From contig CAIZXK010000739.1 in NCBI GenBank assembly GCA_903936865.1, positions 1 to 37,142 of the forward strand: 37,142 nt of DNA, written 5' to 3'. The position numbers and the translations under genes are program-made. This stretch comes from an uncultured Bacteroidales bacterium (GTDB lineage: Bacteria > Bacteroidota > Bacteroidia > Bacteroidales > JACABE01). The notes below the pieces were generated by a model. It did no database searches. It worked only from the letters and a program-made list of their open reading frames with translations, and was not told the DNA's origin. Shown in pieces: positions 1 through 7,647 of the stretch; positions within the stretch are counted from its first letter, which is position 1, and every line of letters begins with the position of its first letter.

Positions 1-3000
1 GCGGCTTCTTCTCCGGCACCATCCACAGCACTGGTGGTTAATCCGCCAAGAGCCTTTTTAACTTCTGCAATTTTATCGAGCAAAACCTGTTTTTCTTCAT
101 CGCTCAGTACTTTGTTGCTTAGGTCGATACCCTCATTGGCTGCCAATCCCATCAGATCCGAAAGCGCTTTATGCATTTCCGTGAGGGCTTCGGTATCCAG
201 TTTTATTTCATCGCCATTCAAATCGACTATATCGAATTCAATGGGTTTGCTTAGGGAAGTTCCCAGTTTTGCATTAAGCTGATTCTCCAGTTTTTTAAGG
301 TGATCAATCTGCAGTTTTGTTTCTTCATCCTGCATTTGTTTTTCCAGTGCTTTTTTAGCCTGATCGAGTGTTTTTATTTTCTGCAATTGCTTTTCACTCA
401 GTGTTGCTATCAGGAGTTCTTTTGCCTGTTCAAAAGAAGTAATGCTGTTCAGCTCTTCGGCATGTTTTATTTTCAGCTCATTAAGCTGATCATCGGCTGC
501 TTTCTGCTGAATTTCAATTTCCTTCAGAAGCGATTTTGCATTTATTTCACCCAGCTTTTTCAGGTGTTCCGCTTTTATTCCGGCAAGGGCATCATGCTCC
601 AGCTTCGTCATTTTCTTTTTATTGCCCACATATTTATCAAAGTTTGCTAACTCTTCCGTATAACGCAAATTTTCCTTTTCCAGTTCGCTCACTCCGGCGG
701 CTTCTTTCATAAACTGAGAAGCTTTTAGTTTCTCTTCGGTTTGCTTTATCTGTTTGTCCATAAGATCACTCTGTAAGCTTGCAAGTTGTTCCCCAGCATA
801 TTTTCCCGATTTCAGCTGTTTGTCCAGAAACTTAATTTCCAATGCAAGCAGCTCGTCTTCAAGTTTTTCTTTGGAAGCAATTTCTCCTTTTGCAAACTGA
901 TTGTTCAGTATCCCTTTTTCTCTCAGGTATTCCAGGTCATTATTCAGGGAGTATTTTTTCTTATCGGTAGTTTCTGGAGTAAAAGTATATTCTTTGCTAT
1001 CTTTGGGTTTTCCGGCTTTTACGTTGTTGCGTTTCTCCAAAATATCAATCTGAGCCTGAATATCCTTTTTGGTTTCTTTGGTTTCGGCTCTCGATTGAGC
1101 AGTTCTTAATTCAGCAATTTGTTCTTCAACGCTTAAGTCTTTTATTCGTTTGCCCATAAATGAAGCATAAAATGCATCCAGTTTTTCAAGTTCATCCTTT
1201 TCTTTATCTACAGCATTCATAATACTGCCAAATGCATCAGTTGCAGACACTTTTATCACATCACCCCAATCCTTTACATGTAAACCATATTTCACTTTAA
1301 GTACATTAAACTTTTCAAGTGTTTTCTCATATTCGTTATTTCTTCCAAAATCAATTAGATCTGACAGTTCACTGGAGAATAATCCGGCTGCAGCTTCTCC
1401 TTTGCTTTTTCGTGCAATTTCTACCAATCTTTCAAAATTCTCTTTTTGTTTATCAGCACTTTTCTCTAAAATACCTTGTATCGCTTTATCTTTTGATTTA
1501 AGAGCAATGGATTCCCTTAATGCTGTATTTGCGTCTAATTGTGCTCTCTTTATCTCAATTAACGATGCTTTTTCATCCAGTAATTTTGGCAGGTATTGTC
1601 CAAACACTTCATTTATTTTCTTGATTCCTTCCGCTCTTTCTGCAGTACCTTCCCCTGTTTTCTTCACAATATCAAAGAGGTTGTTCATTTCTCCCCTTTG
1701 TTTTACCAAGGAGGAAAACAGTTCGGAAGCTGCTTTGGCAGTTTCACTTATTCCATCCTTTAAGATAAGGAAAGCTCCGACTGCAACAGCCGCAACAGCA
1801 GTAAGTACACCCAGCGGACTCATCCCTACAGTAGTGTTGAATAATCGCATGGCAGCCGAAGCTCTGGTTATATTTCCGGTTAACAATGCTTTAGCGGCAC
1901 TGAAAAGCAACGTGGCAGCAGTAGCTGATTTTTTAGCTAATTCACCGGCTTTAGTAGTTATCGTTGAAAAGATTGTTGTTCTGGAAGCCGCTTTATCGGC
2001 AACAATCTGAGCTTCTGTTGCAGTTGTGTTTAAAGCGTTTGCCTTTGCTGCTGCATTATCTGCTACAACCTTTGATTCTGTTGCTACAATTTTTAAACGG
2101 GCAGCACCAACAGCTGCCTTATCGGCTCCGGTTTGGGCTTCGGTAGCCATACGGTTCAATGTGAGAGATTCAACCAGGGGATATTGTGCAAAACGCTGAG
2201 CTTCAATAGCACGAATCGTTAATTTTTTGGAAGCGAGTGAAGCATTATCAGCCAAAGCCTGAGCATTCGTTGCCGTTGTAGTTAAAGCCGTTGCCACTGC
2301 AGTTGCTTCTGTAGCCGCAATGTTCGCTTTTATTGCTATCAGTTTCTGAGCTTGAGCGATGGAAGCTTTTTCTGTGAAAAATGCTTCTATTTTAGCAGCT
2401 GCAGTATAAGAAAGTATAGCTGCTGTAACGGTTAATAAAGCTCCGCTGTGTTTTATGGTAAAATCGGTCAGAACACTGACAGACTTTACAAAATAGCTGA
2501 ATCCGGAAGTAGAAACACGAAGCACCGGCATTAATTTCTGACCTAATTCGATGGTCATATTCGATAATGCTTTACTGGCTTTGTCGAGTTTTGCCTGTGC
2601 CGTTTCGTTTTTAATATTAAATTCATTGGTAAGCGAAGTTCCCAATGCAAATTCCTTATTACTTAAGGCTTGTTGCTTTCTTATCAGATCGGTATTATTG
2701 GCTAAGACTCCCAGAACGGCAATGGCACGTTTACCTTCGAGTCCCAGATCGCCCATTCTTACGGTAAGTTCATCCATGCCACCTGAATTTCCTTTCAGCC
2801 CCTGCATAAGTCTTATAAAAGCTTCGTTACCGTCAGTTTTCAATAAGCTGGTGAATGTTTTCAAATCTATATTGGCTGCTTTTGCGAAAGCTGCTGTATG
2901 CTTATACATCCCACTGATTACTCCGGAGAAAACCGTACTGGAAACTTCTGAAGTCTGACCTAAATTGTCTAATGTGGCAGCCAATCCCAACACATTCTGT

Positions 3001-3770
3001 ATGCTTATTCCCGCCTGTGGAGCAATACCGCCGACACGCTTGGTGAACTCTACCATATATTGCTCATTGGCTGTACTCGAAGCACCCAATGCGTTAATTG
3101 AACTACCTACTTTCAACAGAGAATCTTCAATACCGAATTTATCTTTAACCTTAAATATATCCACTAATTTCCCAATCTGGCGGATGGATTCTTCGGTATT
3201 TCCTCCCAAATCTTCTTTAAGTGCCACATTAATTTTATCGGCTGCTCTTATAAAACCCATTAAATCTTTTTCACCTCTGATACCCAGTTTACCGGCTATT
3301 CTTCCCAGATCCATCAGTTCCAGCTGCGAGGAACGGGTATTTAATTTCTTAAGTTCCTCGTTCATGGCATATACCTGCTCTTTAGCCAATCCGGTGGTTT
3401 TCATCACATCGCCCACTTTATCATCAAATTCTGCAAAAGTGGAGATGGCTTGTTTGCCGGAATACAGCAAACCGCCAATGGCAGCTCCAAAGGCGGCAAA
3501 TAATGAAAAGTAACGGTTGAAATTATCGCCCATTTTGCCCAGCTTTTCCCAGGTGCCGGTAGTAGTTTTCAGGTCGTTGTTATGTTGTTGGATAATCGCT
3601 TTCAGGTTTTTAATTTCGTTAGTGGTTTTCACATATTCCTGCGATCCGATAGTCATCCTGGCTTGCTGAGACACAAGCTTATTCATTTCAGCTTTTATGG
3701 AAGCTATTTCATTTTTCACTTCCTTGCCGTTTATATAAAGGTTTATCCGCCTTGTGTAGGTATTTGCCAT
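1..3770 (-). CDS. Phage tail tape measure protein (TP901/PhageMin_Tail type, Bacteroidota prophage), 3'-truncated by the window edge, at least 1256 aa
   Basis: Manual translation from ATG at 3770: MANTYTRRINLYINGKEVKNEIASIKAEMNKL...FAEFDDKVGDVMKTTGL...NTRSSQLELMDLGRIAGKLGI...GFIRAADKINVALKEDLG...GSSINALGASSTANEQYMVEFTKRVGGIAPQAGISIQNVLGLAATLD, the typical tape-measure core. An Ala/Thr-rich hydrophobic region and a long coiled coil follow. The same frame is open at base 3 (..VDGAGEEA). Confidence 0.9.
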   Translation of the reverse strand, partial: MANTYTRRINLYINGKEVKNEIASIKAEMNKLVSQQARMTIGSQEYVKTTNEIKNLKAIIQQHNNDLKTTTGTWEKLGKMGDNFNRYFSLFAAFGAAIGGLLYSGKQAISTFAEFDDKVGDVMKTTGLAKEQVYAMNEELKKLNTRSSQLELMDLGRIAGKLGIRGEKDLMGFIRAADKINVALKEDLGGNTEESIRQIGKLVDIFKVKDKFGIEDSLLKVGSSINALGASSTANEQYMVEFTKRVGGIAPQAGISIQNVLGLAATLDNLGQTSEVSSTVFSGVISGMYKHTAAFAKAANIDLKTFTSLLKTDGNEAFIRLMQGLKGNSGGMDELTVRMGDLGLEGKRAIAVLGVLANNTDLIRKQQALSNKEFALGTSLTNEFNIKNETAQAKLDKASKALSNMTIELGQKLMPVLRVSTSGFSYFVKSVSVLTDFTIKHSGALLTVTAAILSYTAAAKIEAFFTEKASIAQAQKLIAIKANIAATEATAVATALTTTATNAQALADNASLASKKLTIRAIEAQRFAQYPLVESLTLNRMATEAQTGADKAAVGAARLKIVATESKVVADNAAAKANALNTTATEAQIVADKAASRTTIFSTITTKAGELAKKSATAATLLFSAAKALLTGNITRASAAMRLFNTTVGMSPLGVLTAVAAVAVGAFLILKDGISETAKAASELFSSLVKQRGEMNNLFDIVKKTGEGTAERAEGIKKINEVFGQYLPKLLDEKASLIEIKRAQLDANTALRESIALKSKDKAIQGILEKSADKQKENFERLVEIARKSKGEAAAGLFSSELSDLIDFGRNNEYEKTLEKFNVLKVKYGLHVKDWGDVIKVSATDAFGSIMNAVDKEKDELEKLDAFYASFMGKRIKDLSVEEQIAELRTAQSRAETKETKKDIQAQIDILEKRNNVKAGKPKDSKEYTFTPETTDKKKYSLNNDLEYLREKGILNNQFAKGEIASKEKLEDELLALEIKFLDKQLKSGKYAGEQLASLQSDLMDKQIKQTEEKLKASQFMKEAAGVSELEKENLRYTEELANFDKYVGNKKKMTKLEHDALAGIKAEHLKKLGEINAKSLLKEIEIQQKAADDQLNELKIKHAEELNSITSFEQAKELLIATLSEKQLQKIKTLDQAKKALEKQMQDEETKLQIDHLKKLENQLNAKLGTSLSKPIEFDIVDLNGDEIKLDTEALTEMHKALSDLMGLAANEGIDLSNKVLSDEEKQVLLDKIAEVKKALGGLTTSAVDGAGEEA

Positions 3771-3784
3771 TTTTTTATTTTTGG

Positions 3785-3820
3785 CAAAGGAAAAGAGTAG
3801 GTAGGAAATGAGAAAGGACA
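3785..3820 (-). promoter_or_regulatory. Putative promoter of the tape-measure gene (TGTCCTTT-N20-TTCCTTTG)
   Basis: On the minus strand, TGTCCTTT (3820-3813) is followed by the -7-like box TTCCTTTG (3792-3785), 14 nt before the ATG. Confidence 0.4.
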
Positions 3821-3902
3821 AAGGGTTTTGGTTAATTTGAAAATATTTAGGGGGTTAATGAATTAAAAAAATCAAAAAAATCAAAATTAAATCAAAAATT
3901 AT

Positions 3903-3910
3903 TATTTTTG
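3903..3910 (+). promoter_or_regulatory. Bacteroidota -7 promoter box for a short non-coding transcript
   Basis: TATTTTTG matches the TAnnTTTG consensus; no + strand gene follows. Confidence 0.45.
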
Positions 3911-3914
3911 TATC

Positions 3915-3990
3915 AAAGATTCCAAATGGAATAACTTTTTCTCACGCCATGAGATTGGGTAGCCTGTAGCTTAATTGTTACAGGCTTTTT
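3915..3990 (+). ncRNA. Candidate ~75-nt structured small RNA (three hairpins)
   Basis: Hairpin 1 AAAG-ATTCC-aaat-GGAAT-aa-CTTT (3915-3938), hairpin 2 TCTCA-cgcca-TGAGA (3940-3954), terminator hairpin 3961-3986 plus T tract; lies directly behind a -7 box. Confidence 0.4.
3961..3990 (+). terminator. Rho-independent terminator
   Basis: AGCCTGTAGC-ttaatt-GTTACAGGCT-TTTT: 10-bp stem with one G-U pair that forms only on the + strand RNA; the U tract is on the + strand only. Confidence 0.65.
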
Positions 3991-4468
3991 AATTTATTTC
4001 ATTCAGTAAATGTAAGATTTGAATCAAATTATCATCTTCTTTATTCCCTCTGTATTCTTCAATAAATAATACATTTTCTGTGGGAATGATATTTTGCGGA
4101 GTGTCATCAATTATTTTAATATTCTCTAATTCATATCCCTGAATTTTTGTTAAATCTTTAATATAAGATTCAACATTCATAAAACCATTCCATTTTGTAA
4201 TTCTTTGGCAATTATTTCGGGTCCAGATAAACTTGAATTTTGACAAATCACCTGTAATTTTCTTCAGGATAAATTTTGCATAATCTGCCTTTGCAGATGT
4301 CCATATAGCAACATCATATTTCTTAAAGCAATTTTCCAAAAATTTATTCAAATATGGTCTCAGATAAACCCCTCTTTCTTTGAAATAGAAATTGGGTTCA
4401 CGTTTCAAATCCTCATAAGTTGAGTGTAAAAGTGTTTCGTCTATATCTAAAATTAGCAGATTATTCAT
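3989..4468 (-). CDS. NIF/FCP1-like HAD-superfamily phosphatase
   Basis: LLILDIDETLLHS (DxDxT motif), RPYLNKFL, IWTSA..DYA, KDL, IIDDTP. Confidence 0.9.
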   Translation of the reverse strand: MNNLLILDIDETLLHSTYEDLKREPNFYFKERGVYLRPYLNKFLENCFKKYDVAIWTSAKADYAKFILKKITGDLSKFKFIWTRNNCQRITKWNGFMNVESYIKDLTKIQGYELENIKIIDDTPQNIIPTENVLFIEEYRGNKEDDNLIQILHLLNEIN

Positions 4469-4517
4469 TTTTAATGATTTATTTAAAATAAGAAATTATA
4501 AATAAAGAACTATTACT

Positions 4518-4697
4518 CTAAAAAAAATATTCATTTTTATCACTTTCATCAGAATTACCTTCGTCTGAATCTAAATCAAAATACTCAATTTTATAATCTT
4601 CTCCTGCCAACATCTTGCGTGCTAATTCTTTCGTTTCCAATTTTATTTTTTCTCTACCTTCTCTCATTTCTTCTTCAGTTAGTATATGTAATGCCAT
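4518..4697 (-). CDS. Small hypothetical protein with an acidic tail, 59 aa (below the ORF-track cutoff)
   Basis: ATG 4697 to TAG 4518: MALHILTEEEMREGREKIKLETKELARKMLAGEDYKIEYFDLDSDEGNSDESDKNEYFF; fills the gap between two co-oriented genes. Confidence 0.5.
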   Translation of the reverse strand: MALHILTEEEMREGREKIKLETKELARKMLAGEDYKIEYFDLDSDEGNSDESDKNEYFF

Positions 4698-4733
4698 TTC
4701 TTTTCCTCTTTATTTATAAATGATAAATATTTA

Positions 4734-5519
4734 TTAAGTAATATTCAGCTTGTTAAACTTATCAATAATCTCAATAAACTCATCCGGTAATCTTTTTAAT
4801 GTTTCCTCTAAAATATAATCTGGAATAATTTTGTAATATGCAGCAGCTATACCACCTGCCATACATGCAATGGTATCACTATCACCACCGATTGAAATTG
4901 CTAAACGAATACAACTTTCATAGTCTGAACTTTCCAGAAAAGCAACAATTGCTTGTGGTACAGAATCCTGACAGATTTCAGAAAAACGGTATCTTGGTCT
5001 TATTTCATCTAAGGTAAAATTAAGATCATAGTCAAATGTTATTCTGATATAATCTTTAATATCATTTTTTGGAGCACCGTTTTTTGCCAGAAATATGGCA
5101 GAAGCAATGGCCTGAGCTCCTTTTATACCCTCAGGATGATTGTGGGTTACTTCTGCACTTTTCTTTGCTTCTTCCAATACCTTTTCAAGAGTGGAAAATG
5201 CAAAGCCAACAGGACTAACCCGCATTCCGGAACCATTTCCAAAACTGTTATAGGGTTGAGGATTATTGCTCAGCAGCCATTTAAAAAAGTTACCACCATA
5301 TCCACGTCTTGTATATTTTCTTCCGAATGCATGAATATTTTCTGAATAATCTTTTCCGTTTAAAATAGCATCAGCTACTGCCATCGTTAAAACAGTATCA
5401 TCCGTAAAAGTTGTTTCTTCTGTAAACAACTCAAATTCTGTTGTTTTAATATTGTGAAACTCGAAAACAGAACCGATTACATCTCCTGCAATGGCTCCAA
5501 TAATGCTGTGATTTGTCAT
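4734..5519 (-). CDS. ADP-ribosylglycohydrolase (DraG/ARH family)
   Basis: GAIAGDVIG, FTDDT, SFGNGSGMR, THNHPEG and GGDSDT motifs. Likely start MTNHS at 5519; the ORF track extends to 5564. Confidence 0.93.
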   Translation of the reverse strand: MTNHSIIGAIAGDVIGSVFEFHNIKTTEFELFTEETTFTDDTVLTMAVADAILNGKDYSENIHAFGRKYTRRGYGGNFFKWLLSNNPQPYNSFGNGSGMRVSPVGFAFSTLEKVLEEAKKSAEVTHNHPEGIKGAQAIASAIFLAKNGAPKNDIKDYIRITFDYDLNFTLDEIRPRYRFSEICQDSVPQAIVAFLESSDYESCIRLAISIGGDSDTIACMAGGIAAAYYKIIPDYILEETLKRLPDEFIEIIDKFNKLNIT

Positions 5520-5556
5520 ATTGCTTCTATTTTTCATGATTTGTATTACGTCAAAA

Positions 5557-6132
5557 TTAATCATTATTTACTTCTCTTTCTTGTTTAATCCGATTAAATT
5601 TACTTTTTATTTCTTCAATTTCCTTTTCAATCATTTCCTGACTATAATCATCAAGCATTTGTATGAAAAACAGATACATGCAATAACAAAATGCTTGTTT
5701 TAATTCTCCATTAATATCACCATTTAAAAGCAAATCAAGACTGTATTCCAGATATTGCCAGTATTGCATTACTGCCACATCATATTCATCAAGTTTATTG
5801 TCATATTCGGGATAAAATGTTTTAAAATAGCTGCATAATGAAACAAAAGCATACGTATTTTTTTTATCTTTTTCATTCCATAATTCAGGATGATTTCCTA
5901 AAAAACTACCTCCAAAATCATAAAAAACTGTTCTGTATCCTTTGCTGATTCCACAATTTTCACAGTATGCTTCTATCATTAAATACAGAACTCTTTTAGG
6001 ATCAATTGCTTTCCCTTTATTAAGCTCATAAATAAACTCTTCAGTAAAATCTGTATATTCTTTCCTCGAAAAAATCAGATTAAAGACTGGCATCTCAAGA
6101 ATTTCCTTTTTTGAAATTTGTTGCTTTTCCAT
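5557..6132 (-). CDS. Hypothetical protein, one copy of an unrecognised ~165-aa domain
   Basis: 191-aa ORF; aligns by eye with both halves of 6190..7293. Confidence 0.75.
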   Translation of the reverse strand: MEKQQISKKEILEMPVFNLIFSRKEYTDFTEEFIYELNKGKAIDPKRVLYLMIEAYCENCGISKGYRTVFYDFGGSFLGNHPELWNEKDKKNTYAFVSLCSYFKTFYPEYDNKLDEYDVAVMQYWQYLEYSLDLLLNGDINGELKQAFCYCMYLFFIQMLDDYSQEMIEKEIEEIKSKFNRIKQEREVNND

Positions 6133-6160
6133 GTTTTTATTTTTGTGTAAAATAACGAAC

Positions 6161-6187
6161 TACTATTGCAGTGTATCTGCAATAGTA
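6161..6187. promoter_or_regulatory. Palindromic operator 1 (putative WYL binding site)
   Basis: TACTATTGCA-gtgtatc-TGCAATAGTA, perfect 10-bp arms with a 7-nt spacer, in a 57-nt intergenic gap. Confidence 0.65.
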
Positions 6188-6189
6188 AT

Positions 6190-7293
6190 TTATGGCTTTA
6201 TGATGATACAATCTTCAATTGGTATTAATTTGTCTGTTATAAATTTATGGCTGATAATGGGATAAATGTTTTTTTCAAAAATATACATAGCATAACAGAA
6301 TAAAGATTTTGTAGTTTCTGTTAATTCAGTATTTTCAAATAAATCAAAACATTCTTTAATAAACTTGATATTAGAAAAATATAATATACCGAGCTTATTG
6401 TTTGCTTTGCCCGAATAGAAAAACAATTCTTTATATTCATTATATAATCCATAATACATTCTTTCCTTTGAAATACTATTTTTAAATTTATGATTTTCAA
6501 GAATTAAAACTTGTAAGGAAAAATAAAACATCAACTTTTTGATGTAATCATTGTAATTAATTCTAATGCAAGCTTTCAAAAAAACATAAATGGCTCTTTC
6601 TCTATCTAATTCATTCCCCAGATTAATTTCCAGAACAAAAGCATTTAAATAGGAAACATATTTTTGTTTTGAAAAGATACACTTAAAAACAGGGATTTCC
6701 AGTATTTCTATTGCTGTAATATTTTTTGAGTTATCAATCTTAGGTATAATATCGTTTACTGATTCTGTAATTAGATTTTTATACTTTTCTCCTTTATGTT
6801 CTATTAAAGGTTGAATTTCTTTAACATAAATAAATATTCCGTAGCTGAATGCAGATTTTATGTTTTCTTTTAAATTCATGGTTTTTAATAATTCAAAACA
6901 GTATAAAACAAATGTATAATTTGCAAAATTTTGATTATCCGACTGTTCAATTATCTTATCGGAATAAAAACAAAGATTTTTAAATTCCTTATGATGCTCA
7001 TTAAATAACCTTGCTCTTTCTTTAGGATTAGAATATTTATAATCTGCTAAAATAAATAGAGTTATATAAAAATTAAAAGCTGATTGTTTACTGAAATTTA
7101 TTCCACAGTAATGAAAAACAGCATCTAAAAGTAAAATTATACGATCATCAACTACAATATTTTTGCCTTTTTGAACATCTGTTACAAAATCAGTTAGAAA
7201 TTCTGTGTGCCTTTCATCTGAAAATAATTTATCAAAAACAGCAAGTTTCAGAATATCATTTTTTGAAATTTGTTTTGTTTCCATTAAATTCAT
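6190..7293 (-). CDS. Hypothetical protein, tandem duplication of the same ~165-aa domain
   Basis: 367 aa; halves begin KQISKNDILKLAVFDKLFS and KNITAIEILEIPVFKCIFS and end KSAFSYGIFIYVKEIQPLIEHK and KSLFCYAMYIFEKNIYPIISHK. The start may be METKQ at 7284. Confidence 0.75.
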   Translation of the reverse strand: MNLMETKQISKNDILKLAVFDKLFSDERHTEFLTDFVTDVQKGKNIVVDDRIILLLDAVFHYCGINFSKQSAFNFYITLFILADYKYSNPKERARLFNEHHKEFKNLCFYSDKIIEQSDNQNFANYTFVLYCFELLKTMNLKENIKSAFSYGIFIYVKEIQPLIEHKGEKYKNLITESVNDIIPKIDNSKNITAIEILEIPVFKCIFSKQKYVSYLNAFVLEINLGNELDRERAIYVFLKACIRINYNDYIKKLMFYFSLQVLILENHKFKNSISKERMYYGLYNEYKELFFYSGKANNKLGILYFSNIKFIKECFDLFENTELTETTKSLFCYAMYIFEKNIYPIISHKFITDKLIPIEDCIIIKP

Positions 7294-7309
7294 TTTGTTT
7301 TTTTAATAA

Positions 7310-7561
7310 TCATTCAATTATTATATCTTTCTTGTTTTCTACTTTTTCAATCAAATCAGACAGTTCTGTTTTAAGAGATGCAAATTCTTCATTTTGGATT
7401 TTTAAATCAACTATTTTCTTGTCTAAAATCTGCTGTTCAACTTTTAATTGTTCAAGAAATTCTTTTTTATATTTCTTGTCAAAAATTGCTGCAAGATTTT
7501 CATCCACATTGATTTCAATGCCACAATCGGGACATTTGATACTATTTATTTTTGCTTCCAT
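7310..7561 (-). CDS. Small CxxC/coiled-coil protein resembling the N-terminus of DUF2130 proteins
   Basis: MEAKINSIKCPDCGIEINVDENL.. followed by a heptad-like helix. Start moved to 7561 because the upstream in-frame stretch contains the promoter and operator. Confidence 0.55.
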   Translation of the reverse strand: MEAKINSIKCPDCGIEINVDENLAAIFDKKYKKEFLEQLKVEQQILDKKIVDLKIQNEEFASLKTELSDLIEKVENKKDIIIE

Positions 7562-7584
7562 ATTGTTTTTTGTAATTATTGTTG

Positions 7585-7620
7585 CAAAAATAAAAAACCA
7601 TATTGCAGTGTATTTGCAAT
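7585..7620 (-). promoter_or_regulatory. Operator 2 plus -7 promoter box
   Basis: ATTGCA-gtgtatt-TGCAAT (7602-7620); minus-strand TATTTTTG at 7592-7585, 11 nt after the TGCA arm. Confidence 0.65.
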
Positions 7621-7647
7621 GGGGGTAATAATAATTCAAAATTTCAA

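Noticed and set aside
34-3800. Nine + strand ORFs in the ORF track
   Set aside because: Antisense shadows of the tape-measure gene, rich in Phe/Leu/Ser with no motifs.
3865-3900. AAAAAAATC-type short repeats upstream of the sRNA promoter
   Set aside because: Low-complexity A tracts; cannot be distinguished from background.
6161-6187. Perfect palindrome as a terminator
   Set aside because: AT-rich stem with no U tract, and the loop sequence is conserved at two other promoter-proximal sites, which fits a protein-binding operator better.
7562-7639. N-terminal extension of ORF 7310..7639
   Set aside because: It overlaps operator 2 and the -7 box; the start at 7561 is more plausible.
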